This document shows positions 20,303-30,131 of a stretch of DNA of 64,000 nt, piece after piece; within the stretch, counting starts at the first letter, position 1; every line of letters begins with the position of its first letter. Where the stretch lies: positions 32,001 through 96,000 of the forward strand of contig CBDHDF010000006.1 in NCBI GenBank assembly GCA_965261545.1, read 5' to 3'. This DNA comes from Bdellovibrionales bacterium. GTDB taxonomy: Bacteria; Bdellovibrionota; Bdellovibrionia; Bdellovibrionales; UBA1609. The notes under the pieces were generated by a model. It did not search any database. It was not told where the DNA came from and worked only from the letters and a program-made list of their open reading frames with translations. Both the position numbers and the translations under genes were made by a program.

Positions 20303-21739
20303 TTATGATTTGGCTCCCCCAAAAACTTCCACATGGGAAAACAAACAAACAGGTGAGGAGTGTCCTACCCGTATGGCTTGATTGGGTTCCCCCTTGCCAC
20401 AGTAGGGAGTTCCATAGGAGCCTTGGGTGTGAGAGTTTCCCACCATTTTAAGATTCTTCCAGAAGGGAAGGGTCACGCCCCGGTAGTTCGGATTGCGAAG
20501 GGTTTTGGTCACCTTTCCTCTTTCAATGAGCTTGCCATACTCACAACCAAACTGAAACTTGCGTCTCAAATCATCAATGGACCAAGAGCGGTTGGCCTCC
20601 ATGAGTACACCCAACTCCACAGACTTAATGATCTCTTCCATGGAGCTTTCGCCTGGCTCCAAATTGATATTGGCCATACGGTCAATGGGGGGGCGGTTCC
20701 AGAGGCAAGCCCTGGAGTTGGCCACTCCAGAAACCCCAGACCGAACTTGGCTCTCTAAACCACCCAGGCCCCGCAATAAAACACCCTCTTTGATGAGAAA
20801 CTCTTTTTGGGCTGGCTGACCGCTGTCATCAAAGCCATAGGAAGCATATTGCTGGGGCACACTGGGATCAAAGCAAATATTCATAAGGGGGGGGCCGTAA
20901 ACAAGGGAACCAAAATCGTCGAGCTTTACAAAACTTGAGCCTGCGTAATTGCGCTCATCACCCAAAATGCGATCCAGTTCTAGGGGGTGACCAATGCTTT
21001 CGTGAATTTGTAACATCATTTGGTCGGGCATAGCCACAAGGTCCATGGTGCCTGAAGGACATTCCTCAGCAGAGAGAAGTTCCACGGCCTGCTCACCAAT
21101 GGCTTCAAGTCGCCCCTCTTCCAACATGGAATCTATGCACTCCAAGCCCCCCTGCAAGCTATGAGGCAAAAAACCACCACTGGAGCGAGATTGGACTACC
21201 ACTCCCTCCATAGCTGTGGCCTTAAAGCCTGTAGAGGTAAAAGCGAAATTTTGCTCCACATCCAAACCATTGCTTCCAACAAGGCGATGCTGTGACTCCA
21301 CCATGTGAATCATGCTCACCGTACGGTGAATGCGAGGTGACACTTTCATGCGCTCGCAGGAGTTTGCAAGAAATTCGTTCAACTCCCTGGGGCTGTGTTG
21401 GCCATGGGGTTTAAGGGACATCGATTTGTAGCTGCCCTTAGAGGGGGGACGCTGCTTCCCTGTGAATCTGTAAGTCCCGTGGCGGGCAGAAACCTCTGCG
21501 ATTCTTAAAGCGGTATCTAGGGCTTCTTGAAGACCCTCTGTGGAGGGGTTTCCTGTGGCGGCATAGGCAATAAAACCATCCTTGAGAACCTCCACCATGG
21601 TGCCACGGCTCAGGCTTTCTTCATGGGTGCTGGGCCATCCGTCTCGGACAACATATTGGGTAGTTTTTTCAGAAACCTCTCTCAAGCCCACCCAATCGGC
21701 TCCGCGAAGAGAAAGAGAGTTGAAGACTTCTGGTAGCAT
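20303..21739 (-). CDS. tldD: TldD-family metalloprotease
   Basis: HESIGHPLELDR metal motif, PIDRMAN, CGKGEPNQ. Confidence 0.9.
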   Translation of the reverse strand: MLPEVFNSLSLRGADWVGLREVSEKTTQYVVRDGWPSTHEESLSRGTMVEVLKDGFIAYAATGNPSTEGLQEALDTALRIAEVSARHGTYRFTGKQRPPSKGSYKSMSLKPHGQHSPRELNEFLANSCERMKVSPRIHRTVSMIHMVESQHRLVGSNGLDVEQNFAFTSTGFKATAMEGVVVQSRSSGGFLPHSLQGGLECIDSMLEEGRLEAIGEQAVELLSAEECPSGTMDLVAMPDQMMLQIHESIGHPLELDRILGDERNYAGSSFVKLDDFGSLVYGPPLMNICFDPSVPQQYASYGFDDSGQPAQKEFLIKEGVLLRGLGGLESQVRSGVSGVANSRACLWNRPPIDRMANINLEPGESSMEEIIKSVELGVLMEANRSWSIDDLRRKFQFGCEYGKLIERGKVTKTLRNPNYRGVTLPFWKNLKMVGNSHTQGSYGTPYCGKGEPNQAIRVGHSSPVCLFSHVEVFGGAKS

Positions 21740-21806
21740 AGCCCCCCTTACTTATAGGTATATTATGATACAGGCATACCCTACGATCCGTCGAAGTTGA
21801 AGCATT

Positions 21807-23168
21807 TTATTGAGAAAAATCAACGGCGGTGAAACCGCCGTTGATTTCATTAAAATTAGTGAGTTGCCCACGGTATATTCGAGCGATGCTCAATTGAATG
21901 GAGTCTTTATAGGCATAAAACCTTAAATCATATTTCCAGGGTAATTTTTTTCCCAGTGCCCCCCCCCCTCTATCACCACCGCCACTACTACCGCGGCCAC
22001 TCCCATTGTCGCCCCTACCCCTACCTCCGCGACCATTCCCATCACGGGGGCATGGCAAGTGAATTTGGGCAGGAGGGATCAATTCTTGGACAAGAAAATT
22101 TTCCTTGAGACTTCGTTCAAAGTTTTTCTTTGTAATATTTTTTCCGCGGTAAACAGAGCGACTTCCATAATTATTTTTTGGTTTGAAAAACAATGTTTTT
22201 CTTTTTTCCCACAGCTCTTGGGGATTCTTAAAAGAGTGGGTGTCTCGACACTCAATGAGGGTCTGCTGTAAAATCTTTTGAGCCTCTCCCTTAAATGGTT
22301 CTTGCTTAAGTTGTTCTTGAAAACTTGGGGCTACCCAGTCAATAAGTCTTTGTTTATCTGCAAATAGAATATAATCCCGCGGCTGAGGGCTGAAAATGAC
22401 CTTCCCACTCCTATAGGCCATGGAGAGGTGCCTTGAAGCTTCTTCACCTAAGTAAAAATCACAGTAACGATTGTAAATAAAACGAACAGGCTGATCTCTT
22501 CGAAGGAGTTGATAACCATCCCATTTTAACTCTCGAAAATCATAGATATCAGCATCTAAGCCCCAAGATTGAAACCACTCTTTGTACATTATAAATTCGA
22601 GATACATCTTTTGAATGGGGGGCTCCTTATCTATGATAGAGATATGCTGGCATGGGTTCACCACCGCCATTTCTTCAAAAAAAGAGTTTCGCAAAAAGGG
22701 AAGGGAGGTCTCCAAACCATGTGCCCTTCGACACAAGTCTGCCAACAAGAAGCCTGATCCATTGGTGTTAATTTCGATGAGTTTAAGCTTGTCATCGTAG
22801 AGATGAAAATCATAGGTCATCAAAACAGAGTGGTTTTGGTTTTGAATTTGGGGAGGACAAAATTTTCCTAGGGCTTTATAAAGTGCCCTATGGCAAAAAG
22901 CTTCCTGTGGCGAATCGCTAGAGATTTTCTGGGTGGAAGTGGTGGGTGTGCCCCTAGAGCAAAGCTGGCCAAGCTGTTGTTGACCTTGACCTATTTCATA
23001 AATGGTTTTAACAATGGCTTGGGCTTGCTGAAAAACGTCTTGGGGAAGGCTTAAAACAAAGGGGCTTACTAAACGAGTCAGCTTATCAAGGGGAAGATGA
23101 TGAGACGCCTCAGGAAACTCTGAGGCCATTAACTCTTGATAACGTCTATAAAAATCTTCTGAATTCAT
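21807..23168 (-). CDS. Hypothetical protein, putative ATP-grasp/glutathionylspermidine-synthase-like ligase
   Basis: 'YDFHL...LIEINTN', 'FFKP...YGS', 'VQELIPP' and 'KYDLRFY' resemble ATP-grasp ligase motifs (inference). Confidence 0.5.
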   Translation of the reverse strand: MNSEDFYRRYQELMASEFPEASHHLPLDKLTRLVSPFVLSLPQDVFQQAQAIVKTIYEIGQGQQQLGQLCSRGTPTTSTQKISSDSPQEAFCHRALYKALGKFCPPQIQNQNHSVLMTYDFHLYDDKLKLIEINTNGSGFLLADLCRRAHGLETSLPFLRNSFFEEMAVVNPCQHISIIDKEPPIQKMYLEFIMYKEWFQSWGLDADIYDFRELKWDGYQLLRRDQPVRFIYNRYCDFYLGEEASRHLSMAYRSGKVIFSPQPRDYILFADKQRLIDWVAPSFQEQLKQEPFKGEAQKILQQTLIECRDTHSFKNPQELWEKRKTLFFKPKNNYGSRSVYRGKNITKKNFERSLKENFLVQELIPPAQIHLPCPRDGNGRGGRGRGDNGSGRGSSGGGDRGGGALGKKLPWKYDLRFYAYKDSIQLSIARIYRGQLTNFNEINGGFTAVDFSQ

Positions 23169-23181
23169 ACTCTTAAACTTA

Positions 23182-23209
23182 TACTGGGGAGCGAAATCTC
23201 CCCCCAGTA
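23182..23209 (-). terminator. GC-rich hairpin downstream of the peroxiredoxin gene (possible terminator/attenuator)
   Basis: TACTGGGG...CCCCAGTA inverted repeat; weak U tract. Confidence 0.4.
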
Positions 23210-23219
23210 GGAAATATTT

Positions 23220-23771
23220 TTATCCGATCCTTAAGTGCTTATCCCCAGGCTTCCAGCCCGCAGAACACAATTCACCCGATTTAAGACCTGTAAGCACTCG
23301 CAAAATCTCTCTGGAATCACGGCCTACATTTAAATTGTGAATTCCCATGTATTGCACAACTCCCTCCGGGTCGATAATGAAAGTCCCACGGGTTGCAATG
23401 CCTTCTTCTTGAAGCAAAACACCGTAATCGCGAGAAAGTTGCTTGGTCACATCACCGAGCAGTGGATAGCCCAACTCTCCTAAATCGTCTTTGATCCAAC
23501 GCTTATGGGCATGCACAGAATCAACGGAGACGCCAAGAACCTCAGCTCCCTGCTCCTTGAATTCGGGCAGCGTGTCACGAAACTGAGTAATTTCTGTGGG
23601 ACACACAAAGGTAAAATCTAAGGGATAGAAGAACATGACAACCCATCGACTTTTAAAATCAGAGAGGCTAATATCTTTGAAATCTCCTCCATCAACAACA
23701 GCTTGGCATGTGAATGAAGGTGCTGGCTTACCAATCATAGGCATTTTTATAACTCCTTTCTTTTCTGACAT
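23220..23771 (-). CDS. ahpC: 2-Cys peroxiredoxin (AhpC/Prx1)
   Basis: FFYPLDFTFVCPTE, RGTFIIDPEG, C-terminal 'LCSAGW'. Confidence 0.9.
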   Translation of the reverse strand: MSEKKGVIKMPMIGKPAPSFTCQAVVDGGDFKDISLSDFKSRWVVMFFYPLDFTFVCPTEITQFRDTLPEFKEQGAEVLGVSVDSVHAHKRWIKDDLGELGYPLLGDVTKQLSRDYGVLLQEEGIATRGTFIIDPEGVVQYMGIHNLNVGRDSREILRVLTGLKSGELCSAGWKPGDKHLRIG

Positions 23772-23990
23772 GGTTACTCATTATATGTCTTTCAGTTCAG
23801 TTCATCAGTGATTTGGTTTTAAGACCCCTAACCACATACAATATTAGACCACGAAATAGAGCCTCCCATAGAACAGAGAAGTGGACAAGGGGCCCATGGT
23901 CATAAAAATGTCAGGACGCAATTGGGTCTGGGTCAAAATTATTGACACCAGACGCACCATTCCGAAACACATCTCTAGTGTTGCCATTAC

Positions 23991-24018
23991 AGAGATTCTT
24001 CTTAAGGAAACGGCATTG
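23991..24018 (-). mobile_element. Solo left end of the IS4-B element
   Basis: Reverse complement CAATGCCGTTTCCTTAAGAAGAATCTCT matches the IS4-B left end at 29272/30132 at 27 of 28 positions. Confidence 0.75.
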
Positions 24019-24072
24019 CCCCATGAAGGTTACGAAATAAGTATAATTGTGTAGCGTAAGCTGCCTATTCCC

Positions 24073-25707
24073 TCAAAAAGCAGAGAGACCAGTAGAGCTA
24101 CGAATCAAGTTCATAACCTCCATGGGTTGAGTCGAAGAAAGGGACAATCGCCACTTGACCGCTCCATCTCCTAGCTGACCACGAAATCGAGACGGATTAC
24201 CAGCTTCAAGCTCTTGACCTGTCAATGTTTGAGCACTCCCAGCCGGCAACCTGATGTGCACCGCTTCTGCACCCGGTTGACCTAAATCATCAATTCCCGT
24301 GATTTTCACATTTATGGCACTTAAGCCAGGGTTGATCAGGCGCAATTGGCTCGAAAAAGAAGTATTACCTCCAGACTGAAAAGCATCAATGGACACACGC
24401 TGCCCCCGATGAGATTTGTAAAAGCTTTGTAGAGAAAAAACAGAGTCATCACTTTTCTTTCTATTACGAATATAGGCTAAAGCTTTGATCTTAAGTGTTG
24501 TTTCTAGTTCCAAACGCCAACTACCTTGACCCTGACTTCCCACACCTCCGGAGAGACCTTTACTAGAGTTTCCCTGCTCTAAATCCGTGGTATTAAAGTA
24601 AATAGTTCGACCGGCCGGCAAATTCAAAGAGGCAGGACCAAAACGTGTTCCTCGGTCGTCAATGGCATAAATCTTTACACTCCCAGAATGGCCTGAAAGA
24701 TTGATGATTCTTGCAACGCTTTGAACTCGAACTCCAGCCACCAAAGAACCTGAACTGGCCTGCGAAGCAAAAAAAGGAAGAGTATAAAGTGAAGTCCCTC
24801 CTCGTGTCATTTTTTTCGTTAAACCAAAGAAATTAGAGAGACCAGTAGAGCTACGAATCAAGTTCATAACCTCCATGGGTTGAGTCGAAGAAAGGGACAA
24901 TCGCCACTTGACCGCTCCATCTCCTAGCTGACCACGAAATCGAGACGGATTACCAGCTTCAAGCTCTTGACCTGTCAATGTTTGAGCACTCCCAGCCGGC
25001 AACCTGATGTGCACCGCTTCTGCACCCGGTTGACCTAAATCATCAATTCCCGTGATTTTCACATTTATGGCACTTAAGCCAGGGTTGATCAGGCGCAATT
25101 GGCTCGAAAAAGAAGTATTACCTCCAGACTGAAAAGCATCAATGGACACACGCTGCCCCCGATGAGATTTGTAAAAGCTTTGTAGAGAAAAAACAGAGTC
25201 ATCACTTTTCTTTCTATTACGAATATAGGCTAAAGCTTTGATCTTAAGTGTTGTTTCTAGTTCCAAACGCCAACTACCTTGACCCTGACTTCCCACACCT
25301 CCGGAGAGACCTTTACTAGAGTTTCCCTGCTCTAAATCCGTGGTATTAAAGTAAATAGTTCGACCGGCCGGCAAATTCAAAGAGGCAGGACCAAAACGTG
25401 TTCCTCGGTCGTCAATGGCATAAATCTTTACACTCCCAGAATGGCCTGAAAGATTGATGATTCTTGCAACGCTTTGAACTCGAACTCCAGCCACCAAAGA
25501 ACCTGAACTGGCCTGCGAAGCAAAAAAAGGGAGTGAAGTTTTCGTAGGTGTAGGTGGAGGTGGAGGTGGAGGTGGTTTACTAAAACTAGAACCTGTCGTA
25601 TCGTCAGAACTCTTGCTACAATTTTGATAAGTACCTACTAAAATACCTAGGATAAGAAAAGCAAGTAAGTTCCTCAAAATACTCTTTTTATTATACTTCA
25701 TATTCAT
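24073..25707 (-). CDS. Lipoprotein with poly-Pro linker and two identical ~232-aa domains
   Basis: Signal peptide ending YQNC, poly-Pro linker, duplicated beta-rich domain; GGAG RBS before ATG 25707. Confidence 0.8.
   Translation of the reverse strand: MNMKYNKKSILRNLLAFLILGILVGTYQNCSKSSDDTTGSSFSKPPPPPPPPTPTKTSLPFFASQASSGSLVAGVRVQSVARIINLSGHSGSVKIYAIDDRGTRFGPASLNLPAGRTIYFNTTDLEQGNSSKGLSGGVGSQGQGSWRLELETTLKIKALAYIRNRKKSDDSVFSLQSFYKSHRGQRVSIDAFQSGGNTSFSSQLRLINPGLSAINVKITGIDDLGQPGAEAVHIRLPAGSAQTLTGQELEAGNPSRFRGQLGDGAVKWRLSLSSTQPMEVMNLIRSSTGLSNFFGLTKKMTRGGTSLYTLPFFASQASSGSLVAGVRVQSVARIINLSGHSGSVKIYAIDDRGTRFGPASLNLPAGRTIYFNTTDLEQGNSSKGLSGGVGSQGQGSWRLELETTLKIKALAYIRNRKKSDDSVFSLQSFYKSHRGQRVSIDAFQSGGNTSFSSQLRLINPGLSAINVKITGIDDLGQPGAEAVHIRLPAGSAQTLTGQELEAGNPSRFRGQLGDGAVKWRLSLSSTQPMEVMNLIRSSTGLSAF
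24082..25530. repeat. Direct repeat, 2 x 696 bp, period 753 bp
   Basis: 24082-24777 matches 24835-25530 with no difference seen by eye; the translated domains are identical. Confidence 0.95.
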
Positions 25708-28016
25708 ATAATTTATATCTCCACACAAAACATTTCTTCATTCGTGTCACGAGCGGATCAAAAGATATCTCATCACAATACATATATCGTCACATAATAA
25801 TAAAAAGTTAAGCAAAAAATTGAAGATAATCCAATACGTACGAACTTAAGGTGAATTGCCTCCAAATTATTGACACCAAGAGATCTCGCTGCGCTTCTCA
25901 TCTTGACCAATCCTTAATAACAATTTACTAGGGGCTAATGGCAATGGCATTCGTTTAGTGAGAGATCCCATTCGGTTAAGGATTTGAACCTCTAACTCCT
26001 CGGGGGTGGGCTAACCCCAAGTTTTTTTCTTTGATCCATGTGATTATCCGTTGGCCATAGCCCCCCTAACCTCTTTACTGGGTCTCCATACTCCGATGGG
26101 TTTTCTAGAAACTCGGTCGTAATGCCTATTCGGACGTAGCCTTTGTCGGCAGGTCTTCATATTTGTAATGATGCAATTGAGGGTTTTACTAAGCACTACC
26201 TTTTGTTGAAGAAAAAGACCTTCAATATTTCTTGCAATTGTCAGTAAATTGTTTTTAAAGTTTGTCTGCATGGTTTGTTTTTTACTATGGGATTGAGATG
26301 TATTAAGACGGTCTTCCGTGTAGTTGGAAAATAATCTTGTCAGAGTGATAAGTGTGAAGTGTGCAAACAATTCTTGTTTGACTCCCCTTTCACTTTGAGA
26401 ATGAAACTCTTCAATGGTCATCAGTTCTTTGGATATTTTGTACAGTTCCTCTATACTCCAGCGTCCATGATAGAGATTGGCCAGATCATCAATGGAATAT
26501 TTTTTTTGATCCATTAAGGTTGTTCCTAGAACAAAAGTAGTTTGTCCAATTTTATATTTGACCAAACGCAAAGCGTAGGCTTTGAAGTCGTCTTGTGGCT
26601 TTTTTTTATGTAGTTCTTTCAGAATTTGCTTGCTAGGAATGACTTGGATCACTGAGTCTTTTTGATCATTATTAATAAATTCATCAAAAACAGTGTTGGC
26701 ATTTCTCCTTATCCTAAACACCGCATGCAGACTTCGCACCTTATGCTCATGAAGCATTTCGTAGGAATAATAGCCACGATCATAAACCACAACATCGTTT
26801 TCAAACAATTTTTTGAAATGAGTTTGTGCAGCCTTTCTCTCATTGTTATGGGCAAAGAGATCAAAATCCACAGGAATCTTCGACTGTAGTTGGTACAGGC
26901 AACTGACAAGACCTTGAGGGTACCATGCTTTTTCCCATGGTTGCTGATACCCATTATCTACGAGTTGACGTGGTAAATTTATTTTCGATCCATCCACTGC
27001 GAAAACCTTATGGCCCTTCCATAAGGTACTAGAATGGATATACCGTCTTGTTTAAGAATTTCATCATGCAAAACTTTAAATATATTTTCATCTACTTTAG
27101 CCCGTGCACTACACATAGTGGATGCCCGAACTGGTTTAGGTTGAGGGAGTTCAATGTCTAATATGCGACACTGCTCCCAAAGTTCAATCAAAGTTGTATC
27201 ATAACCTTGTTTTCCTTTAGAGAAAACAAGTCGGAAGATGAAAAGTATAATCAACAATGTATTCAAGACACGTTGACGCTTTTGCCAGGTTCGGTCGTAC
27301 TCATCTGCAATGATAACCACTGTCTTGATGATGTTTTGCCAAAGATGCACAAAAGAGTCCTCTAGCATAGGCTCAGCCAAGTTCTTATGTGGCTTGATGG
27401 TGGGTTTCCCGACGGGTTTAGCGCATTGGGGGCCATTCAATAAGATAGACTGATAATTCTTTGTCAGAGGTTGAACATAAACACCTTTTTGAGTTTTTCC
27501 CTTTACATTTTTGTAGGCACGACTCCCATTTGTTTTGCCCAAATAAAGCCAGTTGGCAGCACGATAGCTCGTGGCATTAAATTTGGTAAGGTCGACAAAA
27601 GTCTCCATGAGTACAGGTTTGAAAGCATGTTTTAACTCCCAGTCTGTGGGAAGTTGGCGAGTTGCCATAGATAAAGCCATCGAAGCAAGATGGCGAACCT
27701 TTACCCAGGGAAAGATCAAAAATCGACTATTGTTCACCACTAAATTCAAGTGCTTTTTGTAAGCTCGATTTTGCCAACCGATCCATTCATCACGGCAAGG
27801 CAAAGTGGATGTGCCAGCTTCAAATAAAAGACAACCCAATCTTCGCCCACAATTATCTAGGATGAAATAGCGCAAATGGGGACCAAAGGGACGTCTGTAA
27901 TTGAGATAATGATGCCGATCGACAACTTCATTCCATTCCTTAATGGCCTCTTGATCAGTTACGATTTGCAAAGAAAGTGGGGTCAATGAGTCTAGTTTAT
28001 CGTTGATGAGAGGCTT

Positions 28017-28610
28017 CCTGAAATCCCTAAAAGTTGTAACTAGGTTTAATGTATTGCGTTAACTCTCTTTTCCTATGGAATTGGCTACTATCAACGGTTT
28101 GAGAGGTTTAATAGTATTAATATATTTAATATGACTCATAAAAATCTTCTTCGAAAGGTCCTTCGTTCCCATTGGATCGACAATATAAATTAGGCATAGT
28201 GGTAGCCTGCTTCTCTTCCTTGTCCCAAAAGCTTTTAACTTTATAGAGATAGGTTTTTCTTCAGTAACCCTCTCCAAAATTAGTTTCAGCTCCTATAGCC
28301 TGTTTCATGTGTTCTTGGGAAAGATATATCGCAGATTTTTCCTCTATTTGAAACAATTTTGAGAGATATTTCTTTCATTAAGATTATTATAAGAGTACAC
28401 AGTTTAAAATAGCAGTGCCAAGTTTCAAAACGAATCTCGGCAAGAACTACTGGTTTTTTCCTTATTTTTTTGCTCAAAAGTGTATGACATCGTTAATATT
28501 GTAACTATGCTTTTGAAGAGATGAAAATCTCTTAATCAAAGTGAAGGCCTTCTCAGACAATAATCAGGACTTAAGTCCTATACCTAGTTACAACTTTTAG
28601 GGATTTCAGG
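28017..28610 (-). mobile_element. 594-bp MITE derived from IS1634-A
   Basis: Same 29-bp TIR CCTGAAATCCCTAAAAGTTGTAACTAGGT as 34282-36180; 6-bp TSD AGGCTT; internal sequence matches both ends of IS1634-A. Confidence 0.92.
28262..28452. mobile_element. 191-bp insertion nested in the MITE (probable mini-MITE)
   Basis: Absent from the parent IS1634-A; ends CAGTA...TACTG with an imperfect TIR (17/25) and a degenerate ~9-bp flanking duplication. Confidence 0.6.
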
Positions 28611-29091
28611 AGGCTTTTCATCTGTTCGGTGTGTCCAAGTGATTTTTTTGGAGGGGACACTCCGCTTTGACATGTCTTTTTCTGGCAGGGATAGAATGTC
28701 AAGTTCCTCTAGCGTCTCAAGCATACGAAGGCACGATTGGATGCGATGATCACCTTTGGGAGTTAGCCAACCAAGATGTTCACAAACTGTATAACCCAGT
28801 TCACGGCGACTTAAAGAAGGAAATAGCGCCACCGTCTTTTGAATGTCGGCAATTTGCTTGCGCGTCAAGCGTCTTCCAAAAAAAGTTGTTGAAGGCAATG
28901 TCTCTATGCGTGGGTCCATTTGAGTCTCTCCCCTTTGGGAATGGTTCAAATATAATGTGACACAACGATGGGGTGGACTCAAGTATTTTTTTTCGGAAAA
29001 AGAAAAAAGATAAAAGCCCCCTTAACTCAGTATGTTAGAGGGAGTCAGAAAAATGTGGAAAAACCTTCTGCAAAAACGAATGCCATTGGGG

Positions 29092-29271
29092 CTAATGGGG
29101 CTGATTTGGCAAGAGGGTCCTTCCACATAAAATATTTATCGATGGTAAGAAAGCTGTTGTTGATGTGCACGCATATGTGAATGGAGCGTCTGTATCATTA
29201 TCATGACCTCCATAACCATCCACATATTTAAGAACTGGTACTTGAGAAGAGGAGCGAAAGTCCCAAGGGGT
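29092..29271 (-). pseudogene. C-terminal fragment of the GLUG lipoprotein
   Basis: 'TPWDFRSSSQVPVLKYVDG...LLPNQPH*' continues '...SGWSTTPW' across the IS4-B TSD. Confidence 0.85.
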
Positions 29272-30131
29272 CAATGCCGTTTCCTTAAGAAAAATCTCTT
29301 GAAATCATTAGATAAATCGACAAGAATAAGACTTGTTTTATTTTACACCCAACCCTCAACCAAGGAGTAAGTTACATGCAATCCAATATTGATCTCGAAA
29401 GCCCCCAAATGACGAGTTCGCGTCACAGATGACCATTTTATTCTACCAAAACTTGATTCTTCCTTCAAGCCAGAGCACCTTGTCGATCCAGAAAAACAAA
29501 AAAGGAATCGAAAATTTAATCCTCAAATTTTCTTTTTTACCATTATCTATCTTATTTCCGGAACAAATTACGAAGGCTACCAAATCGCTCTTAAGACGGT
29601 ATGGACTCATTTTGGTGACCTGCTTCTCATGCCAGTCAAAAGCAGTCTCAGCAAGATACGTCAAAGTATTTCTTACCTATTTTTCAAAGATATCTTTGAA
29701 TCTCTGATTACAGACTACGAACCATTGAGAAAAACGTTTCATGGTTTTTATATCTATGCCATAGATGGCGACCAATTAGCACTTCCTCGCTCTAAAGATC
29801 TTTTAAAGGAGGGTTATTGTGGGTACCCTTGCCCAAATGAGATGGAAACTCATTTCTTACGTATGTATCTATCTCATGCTTATGACGTTTTATCGGGTGT
29901 GACAAAGAATCTTTGCTTTTCTCCCGCTCTCAACGAAATCGCCAATGCTATTCAAATGATAGGTAGTTTTGAGAGTAATAGCATAACTCTCTACGATAGG
30001 CTTTATTGGGTATATCCGAGTTTCTCAACAGAAAATGGGCCTAATTTCGACGTTGCAGAATTACCGCATTAAAAACCAAGAAAATAATTCAATTTCCATG
30101 ATTTATCCCCCTCATTACTTTACCCATAACA

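Larger units (their letters stand above)
26044..28919 (-). pseudogene. DUF4338 (DruA-like)-IS4 DDE transposase, interrupted by a MITE and a frameshift
   Basis: The N-terminus from ATG 28919 rejoins in frame (EKP|LINDKL) after removing 28017-28616. Middle part has 'HHYL', 'NNSRFLIFPWV', 'YRAANW'. A frameshift near 27040 precedes 'VFAVDGSKINLP'; DDE motifs 'YDRGY' and 'RWSIEELYK' follow. Confidence 0.85.
25942..29088 (-). mobile_element. IS4-family element 'IS4-A' with DUF4338-fused transposase
   Basis: TIR CAATGGCATTCGTTT at both ends; 10-bp TSD GGGCTAATGG (25932-41 and 29089-98). Confidence 0.9.

Noticed and set aside
24082..25530. DGR template/variable repeat pair
   Set aside because: The copies appear identical with no adenine-specific mismatches, and there is no reverse transcriptase. 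The 125-bp repeat at 41422/43460 is likewise a target duplication.
26979..27986. Druantia anti-phage system
   Set aside because: Only the DUF4338-like domain is present, inside an IS4 element; no DruE helicase or other dru genes.
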